Assembly: GCA_003971905.1 (NCBI GenBank)
Contig: RSEE01000133.1
Coordinates: 1 to 64,000 of the forward strand
Direction: 5' to 3'
Origin: Moniliella sp. 'wahieum'
Lineage: Eukaryota
DNA length: 64,000 nucleotides
Under the pieces are notes generated by a model that was given only the letters and a program-made list of their open reading frames with translations, made no database searches and was not told where the DNA came from. This document shows, piece by piece, positions 48,712 to 60,267 of the stretch (positions are counted from its first letter, which is position 1; every line of letters starts with the position of its first letter). The translations under genes were made by a program, and so were the position numbers.

Positions 48712-50103
48712 ATGTCGTCGCCCCCGCCGACGCGCTGTGGACGCTGGGTGTCTCCACCCTCGCCCACCCGCCCGCCCGCCGCAGCGCCTCCGCCCTCCCT
48801 CTCCCTCCCGCCGCCGTCACCACCACTGCCCCCGTCGCTGCCACCACCGCTGCCCCCCGCAGCTGCGCGTTTCCCGCCGCCCGCGGCTCCGTCGCCGTCC
48901 TCCAATCTGTCCTCGCCCTCTCCTCGCCCCCGTCCGCCCGCACCGCCTCCTCGTCCCCCAGCCCACCCGCTCCCTTGCCCGCCGCTCGTCCCGCACACGC
49001 CCCCGACTTCGCCGCGCGCCGCGCCCCCCCTGGCAGCTCAAGCCACTGCATCACCGACCCTCTTCTCTTCCGCACTCCGCCCCGGCGCAGACACCGGGCC
49101 GGCTGGACCACCTCCTCCGCCTCCTCGCCTCGCGGTCTGGCAGCGACAAGGTGCTGCTGCTGCTGCAGTATGGAGCGAAGCTACTCGCCGCCCTGCTGGT
49201 CGGGGCGGAAGCGGTGTCTGGTGGCCACCGAATGACGCATCCCCATCGTACTCGTACTCGTACCGCTCTGGACGGAGCAGCGCGCCTGCGGCGGCTCAGT
49301 ACGCTCGCTGGATCGGCGCACCTTATTTCGCGGCTGTGGGTAACGCTCGAGACGGTGCAACGTGTCCGACGCGGGTTTCTGGCCAGCTGGGGTCGGCCAA
49401 ACCGGCCTGGATGGAGCTGGTGCAGATGGGATGTATGCTGCTCTCTGGCCCGCTTGAGGCGATGGCCTTGCTCTCCTTGTACCGCGTCCTGCCCATCGCA
49501 CCACCTCTGCGCACACGTCTCGTCCACCTCGCCACGCGCTTGTGGACCCTCTGTTTGTCCCTCCAATGTGCCTATCTACTCCATTGGATTCGCTCGCGAC
49601 CGCTCTCTTCCCTATACCCTGTTTCTGCCCCATCCGCTTCCCCATCTCCCACTCCCTCCCCTTCTCCTTCTCCCTCCCCGACCCCCCTCCCCTTCGCGCG
49701 CTTTCGCTTCCGCCTCGTCCTTCTTCCCCCACCCTTCGACCGGGAACCACGACCGCGCCCTGCCTGGTACGGGAGCACCAACTCTCTCGTTCTCGCCTTC
49801 CTCGCCTTCGCCTTCGCCTTCGCTTCCGCCCTCCGCCGCTCGCGCGGAAGTATGGGCCACCCCGCGGCCTGCCTGCCCATCGCGGTACACTGGTACGTAC
49901 TCTCTGTGGATTTCGTCGTTGCTGATGTGGAGTGGAGCAGGGCTGACCTGTGCGCTGTGGGGGCGGGACTGGGGGGACGCGGAATGGGCTGGACCAGGTC
50001 GGGACAGGTGCGGTGTCTGCCCGAGTGGGCGCTGGGCGTGTGTGGGACCCTGGCGGCGGTGGCGGCGCTAAGGACAGAGTGGTATGCCACACGCCTCGCG
50101 TAG
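48712..50103 (+). CDS. Pex11-family peroxisomal membrane protein
   Basis: LDHLLRLLASRSGSDKVLLLLQYGAKLL matches the Pex11 N-terminal pattern; also PLEAMALLS, RLWTL, LPIAVHW, WALGVCGTLAAVAAL. Probable intron starting near 49893; frameshifted. Confidence 0.75.
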   Translation: MSSPPPTRCGRWVSPPSPTRPPAAAPPPSLSLPPPSPPLPPSLPPPLPPAAARFPPPAAPSPSSNLSSPSPRPRPPAPPPRPPAHPLPCPPLVPHTPPTSPRAAPPLAAQATASPTLFSSALRPGADTGPAGPPPPPPRLAVWQRQGAAAAAVWSEATRRPAGRGGSGVWWPPNDASPSYSYSYRSGRSSAPAAAQYARWIGAPYFAAVGNARDGATCPTRVSGQLGSAKPAWMELVQMGCMLLSGPLEAMALLSLYRVLPIAPPLRTRLVHLATRLWTLCLSLQCAYLLHWIRSRPLSSLYPVSAPSASPSPTPSPSPSPSPTPLPFARFRFRLVLLPPPFDREPRPRPAWYGSTNSLVLAFLAFAFAFASALRRSRGSMGHPAACLPIAVHWYVLSVDFVVADVEWSRADLCAVGAGLGGRGMGWTRSGQVRCLPEWALGVCGTLAAVAALRTEWYATRLA

Positions 50104-50797
50104 GGCGTATAGGCGACCTACAACAGGGAACGAACCGGGCCAACGGCACGCCGTCCTTCCTTGCCTATTTCCATCCCTCTATCTATCCTGAGTTGTACAT
50201 CCTGACTTTCTCCCCTAGGAATCTGAAATGTGGCAGTCAGGTGGTGGTGGTGGTGGTGGTGATAGAGGTGTGTGGGATTGCGGCGTGGCTGAAGCTGAGT
50301 TGAACGCCGCCCGCCGATTTGTTGTGCTCTTCGCGTTGATCGAACGGAGCGGCTGATAAATGTTGGGGGCTGGTTGGGGCGGCGCCCGGCGCTCGGGCCT
50401 CGGCGTTCGGGCGTCGGGCGTGCGTGCGGACACGCGCCGCAAGACAGGCGCCGTGCCGCCTCGGCGCTCGGCTCCCGTCGGGCGTCGGGCGTCGGGCAGG
50501 CACGGCCGCAGGCACCGGCGCTACATTTCAAAGTGCAGGTTACGCGCCCGCTGCGGCGGCGGCGACAGTGGGCTGGTGCCCGTCCGCGGCGCTCGGCTGG
50601 CTGGTGGCGCTGTGCCGGGCGCTGCGTTTCGCTTCTGCCGCTGCACCGCGCCAGTGTCCGATTATCCCCCCAGCAGTCCTCCCGCGGCGACCGAGAGCGG
50701 CCATCCTCGCCCACGTATAACTACCCACCGCCACCCCCTCAGCCCATCCTGCCCGCTGCCCCCCCACCTGCTCCGCTCGCCCAGCATCGATCGGCCC

Positions 50798-52425
50798 ATG
50801 TCGACGCCCGCCCCCCCCACGCTGCCCAGCGCCACGGCGTCCTCACCCCGCCCACGTCCGACGACGACGTCGCAAGCACTCCTCCCCAGCTCCCCCGCGA
50901 CGCCGCCACCGTCCCCCCCGCCGCCGACGAGGTGCGCCGCGACGAGATTGAGGACAACTACATCCAGCAGGCCCTCTCCAAGCCGCCTGTGCTCGCGCCC
51001 TTTGAGTGGAAGAACATTCTCCATGAGCTCCAGTGGATCTCCTTCCTCGTGCTCACCGTCACCCCCGCCGTCGGGCTCTATGGCTTCCTCACCACTCGCT
51101 CCAGCTCAAGACGGCGGTGTGGATGGTGATCTACTACTTCTTCTCTGGCCTCGGCATCACGGCGGGCTACCACCGTCTGTGGGCGCACCGTGCCTACTCG
51201 GCCAAGCCCGCGCTGCAGTATGTCTTTATGTTGGCTGGCTCGTCGGCGGTCGAAGGCTCGATCCACTGGTGGTCCCGTGGCCACCGCGCCCACCACCGCT
51301 ACACCGACACGGACCTGGACCCCTACACGGCTGCCCGCGGCTTCTTTTACTCGCACGTGGGCTGGATGCTGATCAAGCCGCGCCGGGCAATTGGCAGTGC
51401 GGACGTGTCGGACTTGCGGCGGAACCCGGTGGTGCAGTTCCAGCACAAGTACTACCTGCCTCTTCTGTTTTTGATGGGCTTTGGTGTGCCCACGTTGGTG
51501 GCTGGTCTGGGCTGGGGCGACTGGCGCGGCGGGTTCTTTTATGCTGGTTGCTGCGTCTTGTGTTTGTGCACCACGCTACGTTTTGCGTCAACTCGTTGGC
51601 ACATTGGCTCGGCGAAGCTAGCTTTGACAATAAGCATTCCCCACGCGACCACATCATCACGGCGCTCGTGACCATTGGTGAGGGGTACCATAACTTTCAC
51701 CACCAGTTCCCGGCCGACTACCGCAACTGCGTCGACATGCTCGGCTACGATCCTACCAAGTGGCTCATCTTTGGTCTGTCCAAGCTCGGTCTCACGTACA
51801 ATCTGCAAATGTTCCCTGAGAACGAGATTCGCAAGGGCCGGCTGCAAATGCAGCTCCTCCTCGCCAAGAAGGAGCAGGACCGACTTGCCTACCCTACCGA
51901 GATCCTTCTTTGCCCATTGTGTCGGGGACGAATTTGAAGAGGAGAGCAAGACGCGGCGCTGATGGTTGTGGCGGGGATTGTGCATGACGTGACGGCGTTC
52001 CAAGATGCGCACCCGGGTGGTCGCGCACTACTTCGCAGCAAGGTGGGCAAGGACGCTACGCGGCATTTTGTGGTGGCGTATACGACCATTCGAACGCGGC
52101 GCAAAATTTGTTGGCTACCATGCGGGTGGGCGTGATTGACGGAGGGTACGAGATGGCAAAGGATAAGATTGCCAAGCTCAAGGCGCGCAAGCAACTCGAA
52201 GCGGCCGATGCAGAAGGTACATCCGAAGCGACACGCAAGGCCATTGCCGAGGCTGAACGTGCTGTCGTCGCAGCCAAGGGCGTGGCCGAACAAGACCGCG
52301 TGCCCAACCAAACTGCTCTGGCGTACATTGTTCCGGGGCAGGCGTACGAGGTGGTAGAACACACCAAACTCGAAACTAACTTGGTGGCCAACCGCAACGG
52401 AAGCAAGATTGGCAAGTTTTGGTAA
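50798..52425 (+). CDS. OLE1: Delta-9 acyl-CoA desaturase with fused cytochrome b5
   Basis: His boxes [31 protein letters not shown]; b5 domain HPGG..GKDAT..YDHSNAA. Frameshifted. Confidence 0.96.
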
Positions 52426-53415
52426 CTCGCCTTTCGGTCCCCCCCCCCCCCCTCCCCCCCTTCTCCTCTTTCTGTAAAAAAGGACGACCGGGACTATGTT
52501 CTATGCACCTCTCCCAGCACTCGTCTTGGGTACCGAGAACTCTCTTGCCCCCCCCCCCCTCCCATCTCCCTTTCCTTTCCCTTTTCATCCGGACCGACGA
52601 CTTGGTACTTACCCCACCCCCTCTCTCGCATGGAGGCAGAACAAGACAAGGGCTCTGACCTCTCGTACCGCTTTGTTACCTTGTGGACTCGGCTTCCTCT
52701 CTCGGGACACACTACTAGTTACTCATCACAGTGTGGCTTATGTTGTGTCCTGCTGTATTCCCCTCCTGTCATTGATGATCGCACCTCACCTGTCTCGCTT
52801 TTTGCATTATGGCACTGAATGCCCCGAGTGGCTCTTATCCATCTCTTATCCCTCCATCCAGTCGAGCATGCAGTGCTTGTTTTCCCTAGTGCTACCCCCT
52901 CCCGCCCCTTGCTGTGGCGCATCGGGGATGGACTGTAGCTGTTGTTGCGGAGGCTATCTACCCTGCGTCTGCCCGCTGACTGTGATAACCTGCCCTGGGT
53001 GTACCAATCTAACTACTTAAGCAGACCAAGCTCGGGTATGAGTTCATATCTTACAGTCCGTACTAGGTTTGGACTGTTGGTGGAGCGTTGATGTCTGAAG
53101 CTTGACACTTGATGAGCCTACTCCCTACTATGAGGATCATAGATCAGATCACGAACTATTCTACCTCCTATTCAGAGTGCATGCCGTCCTCGGAAGAAAT
53201 CGCGCCACGCCACTACCACTCTGGTTGTTTCCCCGTGGGCCTCGTTCCCCCACCATGGGCAAACAGTGTCCAACGAGACGACATGCCCGACAATGTCAAC
53301 GCCACGGCGCCTGCACGAAGCGAAGCGAATATGCAATCACATTTCCGCCCCTGCGCCATAGTAAACGGCGATGATACGATACGAATTAGAGGGTGGCCCA
53401 GCAATATGGTGTGGT

Positions 53416-53907
53416 TTACGCCTCAAAGTCGTAGACAAACAGATCGTCCACCGTATCCTTGAGCGTCTCCTGCACTCGGTATCGACAGTCAGTTGTATGT
53501 TTTTTGTTTGTGTTTTTCTATTCTTTCTTTTTTTAGTGTGCTCGCACCGGCCGCGTTGGGAGCGCGACAAAGGAGTAGTAGATACGCACTGCAAAACCAA
53601 GGTGAACGGGGTCGTGACTGATATAAAAGTCGCGGTCAGCGGCCGAGGCAAAGGTAACGACAAACAGCGCATCAAACCCCTTGGCAAATCCCTCGGTGGA
53701 AGTGTTAGGCCCACCAACAATGTCCTGGATGTAGGGCACCAGTTCCTCCTGCACCTGTCCGGCCGGGGTGGCAATGAGCATCGGCGCGGGCGGCTGGCTC
53801 TTCACGGCGCGGTGCTTGAGCGCAAGAAACTCCTCCTTGATGGCGGCGCGCTGGCCAGACGTGATGGAGGACTTGTACTTGAGGGCGACCACGTGGATGA
53901 TGGGCAT
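53416..53907 (-). CDS. Dabb (stress-responsive A/B barrel) protein
   Basis: MPIIHVVALKYK..PYIQDIVGGPNTSTEGFAKGFDALFVVTFASAADRDFYISHDPVH. A phase-0 intron 53470-53589 joins to ETLKDTVDDLFVYDFEA*. Confidence 0.9.
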
Positions 53908-54240
53908 GGCGGGGGGGGAGCGAGCGTCGAGGCGAGGGAGGAGGGGCAGGGCAGCGGCAGCGGCTGTACGGTGGAGTGGTGGGGAGGTGGTCGGTGCGAT
54001 TTGATTTGCTGGGCCATCCACCTGCCCGCCCCAAGCGGCCCGTGCGAGCCCAGGTGAAATGTGAAATTGCACGCGGCACGAGCAGTAGGGTTGTGCCAGA
54101 GCGCATCCCCCCTGTGCAGTACGTAAGGCTCACCACCACGCATCACGTGAGCCATGCGCCACGTGACTGGGGAGCCACAGCATTGGGCTCGAATGGATTA
54201 ATGAGCTGGCGCGGGGAAGCGGCGTTCACGCGACGACTCG

Positions 54241-54350
54241 TCTCTCTTCGCCAGTGGGGAAAGAGTTGCTTCGTCTCGGCAATGCGTAAAGAGTTGCTTC
54301 GGCGTCTCGCCAATGGGCAAAGAGACGCTTAGGCGTCTCGCTAATGCGTA
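54241..54350. repeat. 28-31 bp imperfect tandem repeat x3.5
   Basis: Units AAGAGTTGCTTCG(GCG)TCTCGSCAATGSGYA start at 54261, 54289 and 54320. Confidence 0.8.
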
Positions 54351-54435
54351 TAGGGTCGTTTACCAGCAGGCGCATGGGTGTTCCATCGCTTCGAGCGTCT
54401 GCCTCCTCCCCTCCTCCTCCACCACTACCACCACC

Positions 54436-57400
54436 ATGTCTGCCCCCAACACCCCCCGCCCCCATCCCCGCCACCGCCTCTCCCCAGCGCCAACCCCCAC
54501 TTGCTCGTCTGGCCGGCTTCTCCCCCGCAACCGCCACATGCAGCGCCAGCCTTCCGCAAGCCCCACCCCACGCCGTGCCCCTCCCGCGCCAGCCTCCTGG
54601 CGTCGGCTGCAGCACCAACGAGACAAGTGGGGGCAGCAAGAGCAAGAGCAAGACGAAGAAGAGAAGAAGAGGAGGAGAGGAGGAGGAGGAGGAGGAGGAG
54701 GGACACCTCCAGTACCTATTGTGTCCATCTCCCCGAGTCAAGCACCAATGGAGATGAGTCTTCAACGAGTGGATCGCCTTCCATGCCAAGCTCTGTGTCG
54801 TCTCGGGCCCCGCATCCACCCTCGCCCCCCCAGTCTCCCCACTTCCCCCACACCTTCTTCCCGTGCCCATTCTGTCAAGGAGACACAGATGGCTTCCGTG
54901 GAAACGTCAGACCATCCCGCAACCCATGTCCCCTTGGAAGCCAACAACGTCTTCCAGGCCAACTTGCCTTCTCACACCACCGTACATCCATACCATTAGC
55001 ACCATCAGCAGGTGTCCGCCGAGATGATCCATCCCGTCCCGCAAACCAGCACCACCACCCCTCATCCAGACCGTCATACTCCAGTCGGCACTACCCTCTC
55101 CTCTCAGCTCCCAAAGCAGCTCGTTGACCCATCGTCCCAACCAATCCCCGCCAACACCACTGTCCCCATTGTTCTCTCACATCCGATCATCGCTTTGTTT
55201 CCCCGATTCTATTCACCCTGTTGGCCAGCCGGCCCAACCGAAAGAGCACGACCCACTTCCCCTTCTACCGCACTCGCTTTCCCAAGCAGAGCCTCCCCCT
55301 CTCATCCTCCCAGCAGCCCACCCATATCCAACATTCACATCAACTCCTCTCTGCCATCAAGAGGGCCGCCCCTTTCTTCCACACGTAGTACATCCTTCCA
55401 TGTCATAGAGACTGTGCTCTCCCTCCTCCTCCCCACACAAGACACGCAGCTGACCCCCCTGTGCAACAGATACAACATTGAGAACAAATAGAGTCTCGAT
55501 CGCAGCAGGTGTACGCAACACCCCGCCCGTGCGCACTAGCACGCCCCATCATTTGCCGTCCCCAAGTCGCCCGTTACCCAAGAGGACATGAAACGCTATG
55601 TCTTGACGGAAACCACGAAGGACCAGCCGGTGCGCCGCGCCACGCGCCGCTCAGCTAACGGCGGGTACGACATCAACCTCTTCACGCACATCGTCACCCC
55701 TTGACGGAACGCAGCTCGTCCCCCAACGTACCGGTGCTCGACGACGACGAACCAGGGAATCTGACCTTCCCCTTAGCCGCGCCCTTCCCCCAGACAGAGA
55801 ATCACATCGAACACTTGCTTGTCCCCTCGGGTTCCGCACAGCAATCGGCACTGCGACGACAGAACCGTAGAGATGGCATGCCCCAGTCCGCCGTGCCCAT
55901 GCCCACCCGGAAAGAAACCAGCCTTCATCGCCATCCTCCTCGTCCGTTTCGTCCGTCTTGTCCGTCTCGTCCGTCTCGTCCGCGTCTAGACAACGAAACA
56001 TTCACACCACCCCGCTCGACCGCAACGCGGCCGTCGACCATGGTACAGAGCAAGAACGGCCTCTCGACCGCAACGCGGCCGTCGACCATTGTACGGACCA
56101 AGAACAGTTGCCCCTCGACTATGATAAGGTCATTGCCCAGCGCGACAATGAACGTGATCGGCTTTGGCGGAGCGGGACCAGGCTCAATCAGAGTCTGCTC
56201 ATTTCCGCGAACAGACGGACCAGTATACGCCCCAGGGAGTCGATGCGCCCCGCTCCACCGTCACCTTCTCCTTTGACGAGGCCAGCAAACGCTTACGAAA
56301 AGCAGCGAACGCGGCACGCCCATCGCCCCGATCCAGAGTGAGGAGCTGACGGGCACCGATGGAGCCAAGGAAGAGGACCCAGCGCAGACCCAACAGCGCA
56401 ATGAGAAAGAGGAGGAAACCCGATTGCGTCGGGACCGGGACGATCTCAATTTCGACCAGGCGGAGTGGGTTGAGGTGAGCACGTAGGTGGCCCAAGAGGG
56501 GGATACGGTCCAAATCGACTCCCTGGCTTTGGTCCCGCTTGATGCGCATGATGCGCATGATCCGCATGATGTGGACCCGTCCCACGTGCAGAGCGATGCT
56601 TGCCCCGTTGCTTGCCCCGCGAAGCTGGACACCGTGGTGCACAGCCTGCGAGTAGGGTGCAGAGCGTGCAAAAGGAGGAGGTCCGTGCCAACGTCGAGCA
56701 GACGATGGTGATGCGCATGAGGTCCCATCTCCGCGACAGAGCTGGTTCGACCGCTACGGACCTTGCGCCGGCAAATGGGCGCCTGGATCTGCTCAGAAGG
56801 AGCGTAGCGGGCCCAGAGCGGACCTTACATCTGCCTTGAAGAAACTTGCGTCTACCCAAGCGGACTTCGGTCCACCAAAACGGACCTTGGAGCTGTACAG
56901 ACCGAACTTGAAGCTACCAAATTGGCCCTTAGATCGACCCAGGCAGAAACTACCTCAGCTCGGGCGGCACATTCCTCTATCGGGAGGCCCTTGTCTCCAC
57001 CCGGGAAGCCCTTGGCTCTACTCGGGAAAATTTGCGGCTACCCAAGAGGAACATGTGGCTACCCAAGCGGAGCTTGCGGCTACCCAAGCGAAGCTAGCGG
57101 CCACCCAAGCGGAGCTTAGATCCACCGAACAGCACCATGGAGCTGCTCAGAAGGAACTTGAAGCTACCAAATTGGCCCTTGTATCGACCCAGGCACAATT
57201 CACCTCTGCTCGGGCGGCGCATTCCTCTGCTCGGGAGGCCCATGACGCTACTCGGCAGGCCCTTGGCTGCTTTGGAGAACCTTGCGGCTACCCAAGCGGA
57301 GCTTGGATCTACCAAAATGGACCTTGGTGCTGCTCAGAAGGAACTTGAAGCTACTAAATTGGCTCATGGATTTACCCAGGCAGAACTTACTTCTGCTCGG

Positions 57401-58744
57401 GCCGCCCATTCCTCTGCTCGGAGGCCCATGACGCTACTCGGCAGGCCTTGACTCTACTGGAGAACCTTGCCTCTTCGCAGGCACGGTTGGAAGAGGTGGG
57501 CAGCCAGCTGAGCCGGGCCAAGTCAGATGTCAAAGCGCAAAAGAGCAAGTCACCACGGCATGAAGAGCGGGACAAGGCCCAGGCCGCCTTGGGCCAGATG
57601 GAAGCCCGATGGCCCAGGCAGAACGAGTGGTGAAGAGACAAGGGAGCGGATCAAGGATGCGGATGGCCGGGTGGCTCGGCGACGGCACAGGTTGAAGAGC
57701 AACGGAAAGCACCTACATGCCCAAGTGGACAGGAGCGTAACCGTGCCGACATGGTCAAGGAAGACCGAGACCAAGCGCTGCGTGAGCGAAACCAGTACCA
57801 AGAAGCGTACCAAGAGGGGAACAAGGTATGTCGCGTTGGGGTGGGTTGGACTGCATTGCGTTGCATCTGTTCTGCACCTCGGCTGCTCTTTGCGTGTACA
57901 CAAGGGGGAGAGACTGACCGAGGCTATTGCGGATACTCCACAGCGTCGTATGGATCTGTATACCAGAGTGGAGGAGGCCAAGGCAATGGCAGCGTCGTTG
58001 CTAACCCAAGTGGAGAGTGGGAGTGCGCAAGCGGCCAAGTTGTTAACCACATTGACGATGCAGGACAAGATGATGGGCAAGCAAACCACTTTGCAGGGAG
58101 AACGACAGAAACTCCTGGCCGACGTCGCGCAGTTAACGAAGGAGCTGCAAGCGGAGAGGGCGCGGTCGGTCGAACTGAGAATGGATGTAAACGGGTTGCA
58201 GGGCCGACTGGAGGTGGCCATGGCCAACGCGGCGTGGGCCTACGACAAGATGGCGACGGCAGAGGCCGATGCGGAGTGGGCGCACGAAGCAATGGAGGCG
58301 GCGGACCAAAGAGCCGCCCGAGCGATGACCCTAACGCAACTACAGACGGACGAGGAGCAGACACGGATCATTGAAACGCTGCTGGCGCACATTCGTTATT
58401 TGAAGGTGTGCCTGTTGCGCGCGTCGGACCAGCTTGCCGACGCTGCGTATGCCAAGGCATACGTGTGCATGAAGTGGGACCAGGCGGAGCGCACGCGGCA
58501 AGACTTGTTACGCCTGGCGACGGAGATGTCGGGGGGCATGGTGGGGCCGGCCGAGCAGGAGCGGAAAAGGACCCCGCGAGAGCGGATGGTGGCGGCGATG
58601 AAGGCGGTGTGGGCGATGGTGCGGATGCAGCGCATGGCGCGCAATTGGGCGCAGACAAAGGTGTTTGAAGAGCGCCTTCGCACTGCCTCCCACCACCGCG
58701 GCCATCTACACCCTCGCACTGCCTCCACCACCGTGGCCATATAA
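54436..58744 (+). CDS. Large coiled-coil protein with C-terminal PACT-like domain (Pcp1/pericentrin-type), possibly decaying
   Basis: C-terminal LLAHIRYLKVCLLRASDQLADAAYAKAY..RERMVAAMKAVWAMVRMQRMARNW fits the PACT pattern. Heptad repeats; probable intron 57826-57943. The N-terminal half has frameshifts and in-frame TAGs. Confidence 0.62.
56841..57470 (+). repeat. Coding ~187-189 bp x3 duplication with nested 21-bp (AATQAEL) heptad units
   Basis: gaacttgaagctaccaaattggc..ctcgggcggcgcattcctct..gggaggccc recurs near 56903, 57154 and 57341; gctacccaagcgga repeats at 57037-57117. Confidence 0.85.
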
Positions 58745-60267
58745 TCGCCGCGGCGCCAAGTGAGCAACCAGTGGCGTAGAACAACGAGCACAGTGGTGGG
58801 GAGGATTGTATGGATATATGGCGCATTGTTTGGGAGGAGTGTGTGGTGTGGGCGTAGGGAAGGATTAGATTGGTGTTGGTGTGGGTAGGAGAGTGTTGTG
58901 TGAGATTGCTATGACACGGTGCGTGATGCGTGACTGGGGCCAACGCGTGATGAGTGATGCATGATGCTGTTAGGGTGCTTCAGCCCATGCCACGGCCAGC
59001 TACAGGGGCGCTGTGCCTGCCCTCGGCGACACTCGGCCCCGTGCCCAGGGGGCACACACTGGGCTACTGCTGCCCTACCAGTGGAAGCACCTGGGCTGCA
59101 GATATCTCGTCTCTGATATCTGATACTAGAAGGACGCACCAGAGAGGAGGCCAGCTCGGCAGTCCAGTGACTACTACTTGACCTGACAGACAAGAAAACA
59201 TGCCTATTGCATTCTATTAAGATGTCATGGTCGCGGCCGAACACGCCTGCATTAACAACGAAGACCGGACAGCGACTGGAAATCGACGCGGCTGAAAAGG
59301 AGGGATCGCGCGACTGGACTGATGGAGTGCTGGATGAGGAGGTCGGAAGAGAAGGCGGAGCTAAGAGGAGAGGGGGCTGCCTGTACTGGATCAATTGGCT
59401 GGAAAACGGGCAGAAGTTGGTTAGGATAGTCGGGAAGGGACGAGAGCAAGTGGACAAAAGGGATGACGAGAATGGAAGGTGAGGGAAAATATCCCCCATC
59501 AACCAGTGGTACAGGCTAGATCAAAAGAGAAACTCAGATACAAGAGGGGGTGCAGAAAAGAAGACACATCAAAAGAGGGTTGGTCGCCGCAGGCGCAACC
59601 ATGTAAGGAAAGGGAAACGTGGACAGACGCGACAGCTGTCGCAAGGATACCGGGAGCTCGACGGCCTCATTTAAGCCACATCCGACTTGGACTTGGGCGG
59701 TCACGCGGGTGCATGGCTCTTCGGGCCACGGTGCCTAATTTAGCCAACCATCGTCACACTTAGTTGGACTGCGGAGCACGCTTTACTGGGCATGTGCGGA
59801 GTAGGCGGGCCTTAGCTTGGATCGGACCATATCTCGGGTCCACCGTAGCCCACAACAAGAGGGGGGGACGGTTACTATTGTCGCAAGGATACGTTCTCGG
59901 AGTGGTGGCCACTCTGGTTCGATCGACCATGGTGGAACTTGGTGTGGTTGTGAGCGAACTCTATAATTAAGCTTCCATGTGTAGAGCAGACGGGCCTCAG
60001 CATGGACTACGCCAGATCAGATCGGATCAGATGCCCCCCGTGACATGGAGGGCGAACGTCGAAACGAAGAGAATGTGATGAAGGCGAGCTGCGCGAGCTG
60101 TGTGGCCGCCGAGCAGGAACGGCAACTGAAGACGGATATCATGGAGGGAACAACCTTGGAAGTAGATAGTGGGAAAGTAGCTAAAGGTCGATCAGCCTCT
60201 TATAGCTGTAATACGGACGATTCCAAAAACAGATGCGTCACATTGCTCACCCAAATCCGAAATACCG

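Noticed and set aside
54241..54350. CRISPR-like ~30-bp repeats
   Set aside because: Units are contiguous without spacers, in a eukaryotic context with no cas genes.
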